Source of the DNA: Chrysomallon squamiferum
Taxonomy: Eukaryota > Animalia > Mollusca
Reading direction: 5' to 3'
Length of the DNA: 64,000 bases
Assembly: GCA_012295275.1 (NCBI GenBank)
Contig: CM022672.1
Span: forward strand, 20,274,001-20,338,000
Shown here: positions 38,191 to 51,800 of the stretch, in pieces
How positions within the stretch are numbered: the first letter of the stretch is position 1
Layout of the letters: each line of letters starts with the position of its first letter
The notes under the pieces: model-generated
The model's input: only the letters and a program-made list of their open reading frames with translations
Told to the model about the DNA's origin: nothing
The model's database searches: none
Program-made: the position numbers and the translations under genes

Positions 38191-41100
38191 ATTAAAAAAA
38201 TACAAAAATGTAAAAATAACAAAGGTCCAACAAACCTGAAGGAGTTTCATGTTGTTTGGAAAATCACCCTGAAGTAATTCTTCACGAACTAACCTACAGA
38301 AATATATTTTAAAAAAATCAAAATCAAATAAATAAATAAATAAATAAATTATATAGTTTAGAATTGAAGAAAACACAGTTTTTCTTGAATTTTAATATAG
38401 AAAAATAATTTCAAAGGGGAATTATTATTTATTTTCTACTAGTTAAAATGCACAGAAAAGTGTACTTCATGGTTGTTACTGTTAAAAGACAATTACTCTC
38501 CCAAATAAATACAGAATTTTGAAAACAAAATGAAAACATTCTACTTACACCAACATTGCAACAGCTATCTTGATAAGGAAATTAAACCTGTGCTCATCAG
38601 CAAATAGTGAATCCCAAATCCGCAGAACATCTGAAAACAAAAACAAATTCATTTCTTACACATATGTTTACCACAAGAATAAAATATAATCTTCGAAATA
38701 TGGAGAAAAAAATTCCAGATTGTTAAAAGTGCATTTTTGATGGCAAGAACAAAATCATCTAAAACATTTGGTATATCTTCACAAGTTCTCTTTTTGTTGC
38801 TTTTAGATAACAAACACAGAAAATGTCAACATCCAGTTATCCTCATGGTCGTGCCAATTTATTATGATAGTGTTTTATTAGCAAAATTCCTAAAATATGT
38901 TATAAATTTACTTAACAAAAATCTATTGCGAATTACCCATTCAGAAATGGAATAAATAGTTTGAGTATGTTTTACACAGAAAGCTAATAATTAAAAAAAA
39001 ATCATTAATGTCACCTGGGAGAGGAAATTCTTGAGACAGAAGCAAAGTGAGCCAGCGGAAGGCGTAGTATTGTGGTTTCAAATCCTGTTCTTTGAGAAGA
39101 TGCCAAAGAGGTGGATCCCGTTCTTCAAGCTCTTTGTACAGCTGGTCCATTATGTATCCTGTGTAAAACAAATCTAACATTACATATCATGTGTACAATA
39201 AATACAGTATTATACGTCCTGTGTGAAATATATGTAACATTATACATTTAGTGTAAAATAAACATAACGTTATATATATATATATATATATATAGTGAAA
39301 AACAATTCTCACATTATATATCCTGTCTAAAACAAATATAACATTATACATTTTGAGTAAAACAAATATAATATTATATGCAGTGTAATGAAATATAACA
39401 TTATATATCCTGTGTTAAACAAATGTAACATCATATAACATGTGAAATAAACATAAGATTATATAATTTATTTATAACAAGCTTAACATAATAATCCATG
39501 TAGAGCTGTCACTTAAAGAGACTAGTTTTGACTTTTCTGTTCACTGTAAAAAGTTTAAATTAAATAAAATTTATTTATGACAGTACCTCACTATTGCTAA
39601 ATAATTTTGTTAAAATTATTTTCTTATGAACAGTTGACTTGATGTCAAACTTGTGTATTTGTATTAAGGAGAGAAAACCTACTGCAACCACATTATATGA
39701 CATACAAAATTAGAAATAATCAATTGCAGCCTTTGATATGGAAGCCATGATGTATTTCTTTTTACATACCTATCCCACACTGAGACTCGTCCAATGTCTT
39801 GATAAAATTGTCTCTGATTTCTGCCATTAGGTTGGTGAAACAGAAAAATGAATCAGCCTCTGCAAATTCTGAAAATAATTGTTTAATCCTATGTTAAAAC
39901 ACAAAATAATTTAACTGCATTTAAAATAAAAAAAAGTAATTTAATTTTACTTACAGTGCAAAACAGTTTAAGTGTATATAATTTTTAAATTTTATTGTTG
40001 TAAGTAAAAATAACTGTATATGGTAATATAAAATAAGTTAAGTTGATGCAGAAAATTATTCTTTCATTTAAAAGTTTAGTTGTATTCAATAAACAAAGTA
40101 ATTTAATTATATTGTGAAAGTTTGTAAAATACCAAAAAATAAAAATAATAAACAATAATAATCAAAAATAATAATAAAAAAGACAGAATTCTATATAACA
40201 TATATTAAAACAATTATTTTTATATTATTTACTGATAAATTGTCTTGTAAACTAACAAATTTAATTACATTTAATAAAGTATAACAATTTAATGTTAGAT
40301 AATATTTAGACCACAAAATTCAATATTATCACAAAATCTGGATTATTTACTTTAATTTTAATTTCAAATATACAGTATTATGTATCACCCTTTTACTTTT
40401 TCCTTAACATCAACAGCAAATCACAAATCATTTTTACCTCGACACTCTGTATCTGGGTCCACTGCAAATGTGTAGTAGATTGGACCTAGTATTTCATTCA
40501 TACCCTGAAAAATTAAATGACTATATATGTACTCAAATTTTCAAAGTACAATAGTCTACAACAATCATCTATCTAGTAAAGATTGTCATAATTTGCCATG
40601 ATGTTTTTTATGCCACAGAATATATTCAGAATTCTTTTAATATTTATTTTATAATTCACAGTTCAAAACTAGTGGCAACTGACACAGAAAATATTGTTCA
40701 TATATCTGTTGATTCAGACATTTTCTTAAATGAAGGGTTCAGATTATTAATGCTATTCCTGATCCCAGTTATATACTAAGTTTATAATAATTATATGAAT
40801 ACTTTTGAATACAAACATATTTTTTTCTTTTTAACTTACATGATTTAAAAGCAAAATTAATATATATATATAATTGTAAAAGCAAATAAATAAATTTAAA
40901 TAAATAAAAATTATTTTGTTCTAAATGAACAGTTTTCATATAAGCAACATAGTTACATAATAACAGCTGAGAAAATTTCTAAAATAATGAAACAAATAAA
41001 GAAACTAATTATGAAATTCAACACACACACACACACAAATGCAAATATAAATGTTCTTTTACCTGCACATACTTGAGCCCAGGATTAAGTTTTGCATAAA

Positions 41101-41932
41101 TAAATAGAATTCTTTCAACCACCTCCCAGTGGGCCTCTTCACCTTTAGCCAACACAATGTAAGCATCACTTGGCTTCCTTCGGCTGCAAATCATCTAAAA
41201 TTAATTTTACTACATGAAAAAACAACAACAACAAAACAACATACACAATAACAACAATGATAATAATAATAATAATCCCCACAAAAAAAAAAACATCAAA
41301 TATAATAGGTACTGTTCATAAACAAGCCTCATTTTGTTCCAAAGTATCATTGTTAAGAGCCACTTTTGGTTATATTTATTATTTATCCATGATAAAATTT
41401 TAAAAAAACTAAGAATGCTGCCCTTGTTTGGCACATTCTGGACTTATTTTGCTTTTGGTCAAATCCTGAATCAATGTACTCAAAAACTAAGATGTGATTT
41501 TTGTAATCAATGATAAACTTTAATAAAATACTAGTTGCTGCTTATCAGCACCAAAAATTATTCCTCCTGTATCTTCATCTGAAAATCTAATACATGGACA
41601 TGTATGCACACACAGAGGTCAAGAAAAAAAGCATGCACTGATATACATATTAATGCACAGATACAACACACCCACATGCACGTACACACACTGATTCATT
41701 CAGATAATGAAAACAAAAATGTATTCAAATGACACACTTTACCTCAGTCATTCCTGCACGGTTTCTGGCGACTGTTTCTGATCGAAGGACTGACTGTTCA
41801 ACCCTTTTTCTCAAGGTTTCCACATTTGTGCTGTCGTTAACAAGTTCATCACAAGGAAACTCTGTGGCTCTTTGGAAAAAAAACAGATCTGGACATAACC
41901 TCCTGAAAATAATAATAATCATAATTATAATA

Positions 41933-41967
<35 letters not shown>

Positions 41968-42196
41968 TAATAAAAATTAATAAAAATTTGTGTCTTTTAA
42001 TAAAATATGTAGAGAATATATGGATTAAATTTCTAACGCTTTTGGTATTTCTGGTGTATTTCGTAAAATAAAAAATAAAAAAATTAAATTAAATTAAATA
42101 AATATATCAATTAATTAATTAATTAATAATGATAATAATAATAACAGTAATAGTAGTAGTAGTAGTAATAACAGTAATAATAACAATAATAATAAC

Positions 42197-42236
<40 letters not shown>

Positions 42237-42697
42237 TCATTGATGACTTTTAAATAATATAATACAGTAAAATACAAACCTGCAGTCTTTATCTATCTGC
42301 ACCAGCATTTCATTATCTTTAAAAATCACATGCCACTGACTGTCAGGATTTGGGTTCAGTGGCTGCAGATTAAAAATATCTTAATACCATCAGTAAAATA
42401 ATTTAATACACAAAAAACATACTTTTTTATACAGTAGCAGTTTTAATTATTATGATGTCATTTTTCTGCAGCAATAAGTTAAAAATAACAGGCTTTTTTA
42501 TTTATTTATGTAAAATAAATTTCAAGCGATTTATTTCAGCTACAATAAACATAACAGAAAGATATGTTCAAATATATATGTAAATTACAAAAATCATCAA
42601 AAAATTAGATCCTTAAAAGACAGAAGTTATGGGCTATTTTAAGATTTGTTTCAAAAACAAAACAAACAACAATAAAAAAAATAAAAAATTAGAAAAA

Positions 42698-42732
<35 letters not shown>

Positions 42733-43895
42733 AAAAATTAAAAAAATTAAAAAGTTTGAGATTGCTGATAAAAGAATTGCTTTTGACTTAATTATGGCAA
42801 AATAAATAAATAAATAAATAAATAAATATAAAAAAAATTAAATAATAAAATTAAGTAAAATTTAAAAAACAAATTAAAAACAAATATAAATAAAAAAAAA
42901 TTGCTGCTGAGAACTAAAAACTTACTAGAGTAATATATTACCCCCAATGTTTTATGTTTTGCCGATTACTGAAATAAAAAGAGTACTAACATGATCTTCT
43001 TGATCTCCTGAATTTGCCTTTTTTCCTGGGTCTATAATCAACTCCTGTATGAACTGTCTGTACAGTGTTCTGAAGAAGACAAGAATACTAATTCAAACAC
43101 TTCAATATTCTTGTTCTTTAACATCTGAATAAAATTTCAATTAACTGTTGTTAACACTTTATTACAAATTATTGTCATGAAAAGGAAAAACTGTACCTTT
43201 GTTTTGTTAATGTACTTTTCCATTCTGTTTTCTTCAAAGAAAGGTAATTTAAAAGAATCTATGGGGAAAAAGATATATACATATTATTAATAAATGATAA
43301 TATCATCAGAAAATTAAACAAGAGCCTATAAAAGTTTAATGGTTTGATACATGCCTAAGGCAGGATGAATCATTGGGTCAGTTCTCTGTTCACATTTACA
43401 CACTGAAACCAATGATCTATGAATATTTATCAAAGGCTACGCCATGCTTTTTCCAGGTAAAAAGGAAGGTGTATAAATAAATTATCCCTTTTTGTTAAGA
43501 AAAATATGTAATAGTTGACCTCCAATGGCTAAATTGCCTACCATAGAAATATAATCAATATATTCTGTCATTAAAGAAAATATGATTGAAACATTTTAAC
43601 ATCAAATAGTCTTTTCTCGTTTTTAATTATTGATGGGAATATTATCTTAAACAATTCTGATAATTATTTTTAGTAAACTGTAAATAATTACAAGAAAAAG
43701 AAGGAAAAAGAAAAGACATATCTATATTTAATCAATATCTGTAGCATATCATATACAAAATCTCTAAAGATTTCTAGTACATTATATATTAATGCTATGA
43801 ATTAAAAACTCCTACTCCACAACAACAGCTTTCTTATCTAATCATACCTTCCAGCATTTTGATCTATAACCTGATTCAAAAGGGCAGCCTGAAAA

Positions 43896-43929
<34 letters not shown>

Positions 43930-44852
43930 TATATTTTGAAAAAATAAATAACATAGTACTAATAGTAGTAATAGTAATAATAATAAAATAAAGAAAGGAA
44001 AAATAGCAACAATGACATTAATGGATACTGATAACATACTAATATACTAGTTCACATAATAGTTAAATAATAATTTTATTTGTCTAGTATTTATAACAAA
44101 CCGCAATGTGATGCAGGGTATGAATAAAGATATCAATCTTTAGTATAACAGGAATTTCCAGTGTGAATTTAATTACTTCCCAATGAGAGGTTTACTTCTT
44201 TGTAGTTAGAATCTTCGATTATGATAATAATTTAATAATAATAAAAAAGTTACCGAAGTGCATGTACATGGAGTGTTTTCACTCTCCTGACATCTTATCA
44301 CAAAGAAAATTATAAAAATACGTTTACAGAATGAATATTTCACTGCAAAGTTCTTGTATCTCTTATCATCAGTATTTAACAAATGATTTAAGTTTCGGTC
44401 CCTCCAACAACATGATAACTGAGTATAACTATGAGAATATAAAATTAAAATGTTTTTTAGCCGCCGTACTTCTCTAGAGCTTGTTTAGTTGGGTTTTGTC
44501 GTTAAAACAAAAACAACATATTTAAATATAGCTGAATGATTTGTATTGTTTTACAATTCAATCCGTCTGATCATATCTAACTTTTGGTTCTCAAATTAAA
44601 ATACGTCATTAGTCAAGGCTAAATGAATTGTTGTCTTGTTTACCATTAAAACTCAACTTCCGCAACTTCTTTATGTCGATAACGTCACAACTCAAAGCGC
44701 TTTCAAATTCCTTCAGCCTGAAATGTTCGAAAAATAAATATTTTTGTATAATGATGACAACATTTCAAGTTTATTCATTCATATTATATAGAATAATATT
44801 TAGGGGGCGTTTCCAATTCAAAAATCACTAACCTTGCCTTGTAGGCAGCCAT
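38038..44852 (-). CDS. TBC1D13: TBC1 domain family member 13 (Rab-GAP), ~389 aa, 14 exons
   Basis: Exons (minus): 44852-44833, 44717-44644, 43888-43848, 43258-43197, 43069-42991, 42362-42280, 41902-41743, 41194-41063, 40504-40438, 39868-39770, 39158-39015, 38630-38549, 38293-38236, 38106-38038; sum 1170 nt. Motifs: CWKILLNYL, DHPLNPNPDSQW, QIDKDCRRLCPD (catalytic Arg finger), HWEVVERILFIYAKLNPGLKYVQGMNE, AEADSFFCFTNLMAEIRDNFIKTLD, PQYYAFRWLTLLLSQEFPLPDVLRIWDSLF. Confidence 0.95.
39148..39500. repeat. 30-bp minisatellite (~11-12 degenerate copies) starting inside TBC1D13 exon 11
   Basis: Consensus CATTATATATCCTGTGTAAAACAAATATAA. Copies start at 39148, 39178, 39208, 39238, 39268, 39312, 39342, ~39372, 39399 and 39429, then decay. 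Confidence 0.85.
43335..43505 (+). mobile_element. Decayed SINE-like fragment in a TBC1D13 intron
   Basis: CATTGGGTC...TATCAAAGGCTACGCCATGC...GTGTATAAATAAATTATCCCTT partly mirrors the block order of the 29005-29290 element. Confidence 0.35.
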
Positions 44853-44979
44853 TCTATGTTTACATACTACACGCATGTGCAAAGATTTATAGAGCACATT
44901 CGATTGGTGAGTGCAGGATACATTGTTATTCTCTTTTAAGCAAACTTTTACCATTATGTATTACCAGTATGTCGTTTGA

Positions 44980-45014
<35 letters not shown>

Positions 45015-45470
45015 GCCATTAAATATAATGAAAAATATAACTTGTTTTTAAGTCCTTTTTTTAAGATGTTAAAAATAATATTGCTTTAATTTTAAAATAT
45101 AGTCGTAAACTAATAACTGCAAAAAAAAACAGCCTAACAACAACAGTTCTAGTTCTGCTTCTAGCAGTAATAACAGTAATAATGGTAATTGCAGTAGTTG
45201 TGTCAGTTGTTGTTGTCGTCAACAATGAAATGTAACTACATCTACAGACTACACAACTAATTTTATTAAACCTGTAAAATTATATCAAAGGATTTATGTG
45301 CATGCGTACAAATATTATTGTTTTTTCTATTACTCTGATATAGTTAAACTTTATTCACGTTTCGAGTAAACGAATGGAACCTTTTTTAATTCAAAGGAAG
45401 TTGTTGGATAAAAGGAAATAGATGCTCGTACCTGTTTTGGAAAACCGAAAAGGGCGACAAACTCTGTGGT
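44853..45470. promoter_or_regulatory. Probable bidirectional promoter between TBC1D13 (-) and FBXW5 (+)
   Basis: The genes are divergent. CpG-containing segments carry NRF1-like CGCATGTGC (~44872) and GTGCATGCGT (~45298). A donor-like TGTG|GTAAAC at ~45468 suggests a non-coding first FBXW5 exon. Confidence 0.5.
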
Positions 45471-47338
45471 AAACATTTTCTATTTATGATTTGTTTCAGT
45501 GATCTCATTGAATTACGAATATTTTGAAATTATTATTGTGAAGAACCGATTTTTATTTTTATTTTATTTTGTTTTGTTTTGTTTTATTTTATTTTGATAC
45601 AGAAAATTAAAAATAATACATTTATTTCAAAGAAGAGCAAAGTCGAAATCAGAATGGATTAATATTTCGGAATTTATATGTTTTAACTAATAAATTAAGT
45701 AACAGTGTGAATGAACACATAAGGAAATGAGAAAGATTAATTGGTTGTTTTAATACAGTTACTGTAATATATTAGATCATCAATAACAGTGACAGTACAT
45801 TTTAGTTGAAATTCCTAAATTAGTCACAACACTAGTACAGATGTAATAATATTAAAAATACCAACAACAATATTTATAAAATTAGTTTTTAAAAAAGTTT
45901 TAAATCAGCCAACATGTATGCATAATTCTCCTCTCTCTCTCTTTTTAAATTTTTTTTTTTTTTTTTATCATTAATACAAACAATGGTGCTGATTTAGGAC
46001 TATTAGTTTAAAAAACCAAACAAAAAAACCCAACATAACTGACAAATCTTAGGACAGTAGTTGTCAACTCTACAAATGGCATTAGATGAATGTAGATTGC
46101 AAGTATAACTCTAAGGTATGATGTGTCACAGATGCAGTCCTCTTCAATACCTCAGTTAGATAATCTTCCATTCCAACTAATCCCTAAGCCAAGTTAAGCA
46201 AAGGTCCTTACCTTAGACAAGAAAGAGGCATTTAAAAGATGCTTTGCTGCCAACTATAGTATTTCAGCAAAAACAATGATTAAATTTAGTATTATTGTTT
46301 TAAATCATAGAAAATAGTCTTGTTTATTAAAAAACAAAAAGCACATCTCTTCAAATGCACTACAATAATACTAACAAGACCAGTTTTAATGGTTTGCATA
46401 TATCTTTTTTCTTTTTAAGAGGATAAAGAAGTGAGAAAATATGAGAAAAACCATGATAGAGACTTTTTGAAGAAATCTGATAAAATACTTGGTAAAAAAA
46501 AAGTCCCATCCAAAACAGGTTTAATACACTGAATATAGAGAGCCCTTAAAAGGTTAGAAACGTTATTAAAACCTATTTAAATTATTACAGATTCTTCTTA
46601 GAAACAAGAAGCCATATCTAAAACGGATATGTAGGTTTAGGTCAAAGAACTGCTGGTGGGTAAAATGTTGTTCAGCAAGGACTAGCTTTACAAGTCCAAA
46701 AATGATTTTAATTCTTTTTAAATTTTCTAATTAATAAGTGTTGAAGAGTTCCATATATAACTTTTTGTTATTGGTAAATTTTTAAATGTTTTTAAATGAT
46801 GCCATTTTATTCATATGAGTCATTGATTTATTGGAATTCATGTCTCTTTTGTCATGAACATTATATGAGTTTGTATAAGTATTATTTTTTTTAAATGTTG
46901 ATAAATTTAATTACAGATGTGTAGAAACTGAGGAAAAAATATCTTCAAATATTTAATTGAGGCTATGCAACTATATTTTTAAAACCACTCAAAGAAATCC
47001 TTTTGGGCAATGTTTTGATGAATAGTAAACTGAATGTATATACTTTTTATTTAAGAGGCAATATGTTGCTTTCAAGAAAAAAACACGCTTAATAAGTAGT
47101 AATTCAACATTTTCAAAAAAGCATTCAGTCACTGAATTTAGTGTCATTAAAATTAACTAACGAAAGAAAAAGGTCTACCATTTTTGCAATCTTTGAATAT
47201 CTGTAACAATAATAACTTTGTTTACTACTGAAGCACAGTATCTGAAAACTTAGAACACTGTTATTTACTTAGCAGTGACACAAGGAGTTTTTCCAGTTTT
47301 GGACTGTATATTCTGTTCAAAACCAAATCCAGGAGTAA

Positions 47339-47714
47339 ATGAGAATGGACTTTCTCCCAGATAACATCCTCCTCAACATATTCAACTTCCTGACAGTTCC
47401 AGATCTAATTCAGGCAGCTTACACATGCAAGCACTGGTACTGTGTTGCTATGGACAACCTGCTGTGGAAGAACTTATTGTATCGACGCTGGCACATTCCT
47501 CTCAGTGTTCCAATGTTGCCAGGAAAAAACTCATGGTATGAAGAATGTAGGAGACTTGTATACATGACTCCTACTGCTCTGTCCCAGGTGATCAAGGAGC
47601 ACAAGGACCAGGTCCTTCATGTCAGTTTTTCACACAACGGCAAATATTTTGCAACATCATCTAAGGATGGCTTTATCAAGGTTTGTTCTTGTGACTGATG
47701 TTTGTAGTGCTTCA

Positions 47715-47756
<42 letters not shown>

Positions 47757-48535
47757 CAGTACTGCATCAATATTTGTTTAACAGCATCTCAGCGCATTCT
47801 AAAAATATTATCTAATATTAAATTAAAAAAAAAAAAAATAAAAAATTAAGTGCTTGAGAAGAAAATGTCTGCTGTTTAACATAGCATGGATCTGTGATTT
47901 GATGTATTATTTGTCACTGCATCTTCTAGTTCTGTGTTTTGACATTTAAATTAAATACATGTTGGTAAGAAAGACAAGTGCTTGAGAAGAAACCATCTGC
48001 TATATTTTTAGTTGATAATTTCATTTACTTAGTGGATAAATTCATTTATGTACACTTTTCAAAGTGTAGTATTTTTGTCTTTTTTAAAGATATGAATATC
48101 AATAAATCAGTTATTTCAAATGTAATGAGGTTTTGACTTATATTTTTCTCACAGATAATGGATTTCAGACAAAACTGATATGTGGATCTGGATGAGAATT
48201 CATTTTCTTGTTTCACACTTTTGCAGGTGTGGACTTCAGCACACCCAGTAGTTCGGAAATACCAACATGACATGAAGCCTGAGTTCAACTGGAAGTACAC
48301 ACAGTATTCAGTTTTTAATGAAAGTGATACACTGCTTCTTGTTTCTGGTGTTCATTTTGGCAATATGAGTACATCAGGAGAGATTGCAGTATTTAGTATC
48401 ACAGGTAAATGTACACGTAACTTTCATTTATTTGTTTAATGTGTATTGTGACTGCTGTTGTCACTGTCTGTTATTTTATATTTTTAATAATTTCTGCAGA
48501 AAGCAAAAAAGTAGATATGTTATAAACGTTTGTTT

Positions 48536-48569
<34 letters not shown>

Positions 48570-48733
48570 CTAATAAACTGATCTGAAAAAATAAAATTTA
48601 AAAGAACAGTTAGCAATAGGTAATTGATATAATTGGAAATTTTGTTTATTTATTAAATGTGATATTATTTGTGCCTTCAGTATGCAAAAGAAATAACCAG
48701 TACAAATTAGTTTACATCTGTGCTTAAACTTGC

Positions 48734-48796
<63 letters not shown>

Positions 48797-51452
48797 ATAT
48801 ACATATACATATACATATATATACATACATATACACACACACATACATCTATATATTTTTTTTATTTTATATTAATTTTTTTTTTCTCCAGATAATTTTG
48901 AATTGCAGTGTCGGGTGATCAACAAACCATATGATGTGTTTGGAGCATGGTACAATGATACACATCTTGTATCTGGAAATCTACACTGGACAGGACATCT
49001 CAACTCATGTTCAGCTCTCTGGTTAAATAAGGTTGATTATGTTCTGTTGTTTGACATTAGCTATAAAGGAAAAAAAAAAACAGTTCTTTAAAAGTTGAAA
49101 TATGGCACATGTGTTTTATAAATGTTATTTATCACTGAATTATAACAAAAGAATTTTAAAAATGATTATGTACATTTTCACTATCATATTTTAATTTCAT
49201 ATTCTACCAAAAAGCTTTTATTTCATTTTATTTACCAATAATATTATTACATTTATTTCAAGTAGCATATTTTAACATCATCTTCCACATATATAACTTT
49301 TTATTAAATTTTTCACCAGGCACTTTGACGTCTATCGTTCAGCCAAAATTCTTATTTGAATTTATTCCGGTGAATAAATTAATTTTACAGTTTATTGTTA
49401 CAGGCAACTCAGGCAATAGAATCAGAACATGAATCGGTGGTGATGCAGTGGCTGAAGTTTAACAACACAAATGCTAGCTCAATTCGCACAGTTATGATTG
49501 CCAATTGTCCTCCAGATGATGTTGGTTTTTGCTCAGAAGACTCAGACAAAATGAAGACAAACGAAGCCAGCAGTATATCTGTGGATAACAGTGTAGAAAA
49601 TGGACCAGGTTGTAGTTACAAAAGAAATCAAAACTCAGTAAGTGATATTGTTGATGATGAACATCCTCTCAACGGTACTATTAAGTATCACCCTGAATAC
49701 TGGGACTCCGAGTCACAAAGTGTAAAGTCAGAAAAAAAGCGGCGGAAGTTTGAAATGGACTCTGTTGATTTTCCCTGTGCTTGTTGTGATGATGTGAATG
49801 TAAGCAGTGATTGTGATGTTGCCAGTGGCAGCAATGAATATGTATCGCAAAGTGAAAGCAGTGTGTCAGAGTATCATGACTGTGTTGAAAACCTGTCAGG
49901 CTCTAACTGTCGACAAAATCCAAATGTTGATCATTCCAGGTCTCAGAATTCTGTCTATACTTCAGCGTCGTCACTGTCAGAAAGTAGCGAGATGTCAAAG
50001 GACAGTAATTTTTCTGATAGCAGTCTCTGTGATAAGCTTTTAATATTTACTCGAGGCACACTGACCTACACACCTCATCAGATAGGAATAAAGAGAATTA
50101 AGCCTCTGGAAACTGTGAGAGGTGGGGGAGCTACATGTACAAATGGGTCTGTGAGAATTTTACTGCCGAGTGTTGAGGATAATCAACATGGATTGAATCG
50201 TCCACATGACGAGGTGGATCAAGTCATTGATATGGATGGTCACATCATAGGAATGAGCCTTTCTCCAGATCACAAGTAAAAACATATTTTAAATCTGTAA
50301 ATTCTTTTAAATAACAATAATATAAGACTAAAGATAAAAAAAATATTTGATGAAATTTATAATTATATCCATCCATATTTGTAAGTCTTATTTCAAGTTT
50401 TGAATCAGAAGTGTACTCAGTACTTTTTTTTTATAAGTAAAAGAAATTAAGGATTTCAGGAGTAGATATAAAATGTAAAGTCTTGTTTCTTTATAAAGTT
50501 AAAAAAAAATAAAAAATAAAAAAAATTATTAAATGTAAAACAGTAACAGAAATACATTGAGATCTGCCCCTTTCCTGTGTAGGTATGTTTAATATCTTGT
50601 CCAGTAGCCAGTGATAAAAAAAAGTTGATATTTTCTACTTGAATTACAAGAAATAATGCCTTGAAAAATACAAGCTGAGATATACTTAGCTTTATAGGTA
50701 TATTGTTCTGGCAGAAGATATTTGAATATATTATATTTCTGCTTTGCATACAGGTATCTTTATGTAAACAGCCGGCCATGGCCTAAGAACTATCACATAG
50801 AGAACCCTCTACAGCCTCCCCCAATAGCCCAGGAAATAGACATTCACGTCATTGACTTGTGTCGAATGAAGGAGGTGGGAACGATGTTGAGATCGCACAA
50901 AGCGTACACAGCCAATGACGAATGCTTCTTTATTTTTCTCGACGTCTGCAGTGAATATGTAGCAAGGTAATAAAAAACATTGTAATACAGTTAATTCAAT
51001 TTATTCTAATTTAAATTACGTATTAATCAATCATGAAAGTTTCTTTACATTTCATGATGTCTGGAATTCATGTGTAGCAATATAATAATATATAAGCAAA
51101 CTGATATCCTGTAATAGAATAACACATAATATTTAATTTTTTAATTGTTTGCTTTTTTTGTTTTTTTTGCTGATAATCATTAAAATTTAAATAAATAGAA
51201 TAATATATCTTTAAATTTTTTAGATTATTATTATTTTACTTTTTTTGCAGTGGTGCTGAAGACAAACATGGTTACATCTGGGATAGACATTATGGAGTCT
51301 GTTTGAATAAATTCGTACACAATGATGTTGTCAACTCTGTGGCTTTCAATCCTCAGGATTCTCAGATGCTCGTTACCGTTAGTGACGACCATGAGATCAA
51401 AGTCTGGCGATCTAAACATCAGTGTAAACAGTTAGGAATTGACCAACTGTAA
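47339..51452 (+). CDS. FBXW5: F-box/WD repeat-containing protein 5, ~648 aa, 6 coding exons
   Basis: Exons 47339-47680, 48227-48404, 48892-49031, 49404-50275, 50754-50966, 51251-51452; sum 1947 nt. F-box LPDNILLNIFNFL...W...DNLLWK. FBXW5 signatures: EHKDQVLHVSFSHNG, LLLVSGV...STSGEIAV, NKPYDVFG, YTPHQIGIKRI, GHIIGMSLSPDHKYLYVNSRPWP, HKAYTANDECFFIFLDV, ASGAEDKHGYIWDRHY. Confidence 0.95.
48738..48794. repeat. (GT)n microsatellite
   Basis: Read directly from the sequence. Confidence 0.95.
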
Positions 51453-51698
51453 TGTCAGTACATTGCATGTGAAACAGTATTTTTATTATGCAGCTTGTTT
51501 AATACGATTTTTTGGTCCCATGTGATTTGTACCCATCTTCAAAAACTATAACAGTTTTACAACATACACGTTATTATTCAATGAATAAAATTAAACAGTT
51601 GCAAAGGTAACAAAAAACACAAATGCACACAACTGTGGCCTGAAACATTTTTGTTTATCAATTGAAGAACAGGACATGTATTATTTGCTAAAGGTGCT

Positions 51699-51800
51699 TT
51701 ACAATAAGTTTTTTCAATAAGTTTTTACAATAAGTTGTTTTTACAATAAGATTTTGTTTTTACAATAAGTTTTTGTTTTTACAATAAGTTTTTGTTTTCA
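51699..51800. repeat. Short tandem repeat (TTACAATAAGTTTTTGTTTT)n in the FBXW5 3'UTR
   Basis: About six CAATAAG-cored units with variable T-tracts. Confidence 0.8.

Noticed and set aside
46040-46700. Possible decayed retroelement or pseudogene in the FBXW5 5' region
   Set aside because: The composition looks coding-like, but the frames I translated have frequent stops and I recognise no motif. A TBLASTX/Dfam search would be needed.
47848-48001. Repeated AAGTGCTTGAGAAGAAA..TCTGCT about 128 bp apart in FBXW5 intron 1, and similar triplicated GATGTTTTCTGTCACT at 26820-26960
   Set aside because: These are old local tandem duplications with no further structure or evidence of function.
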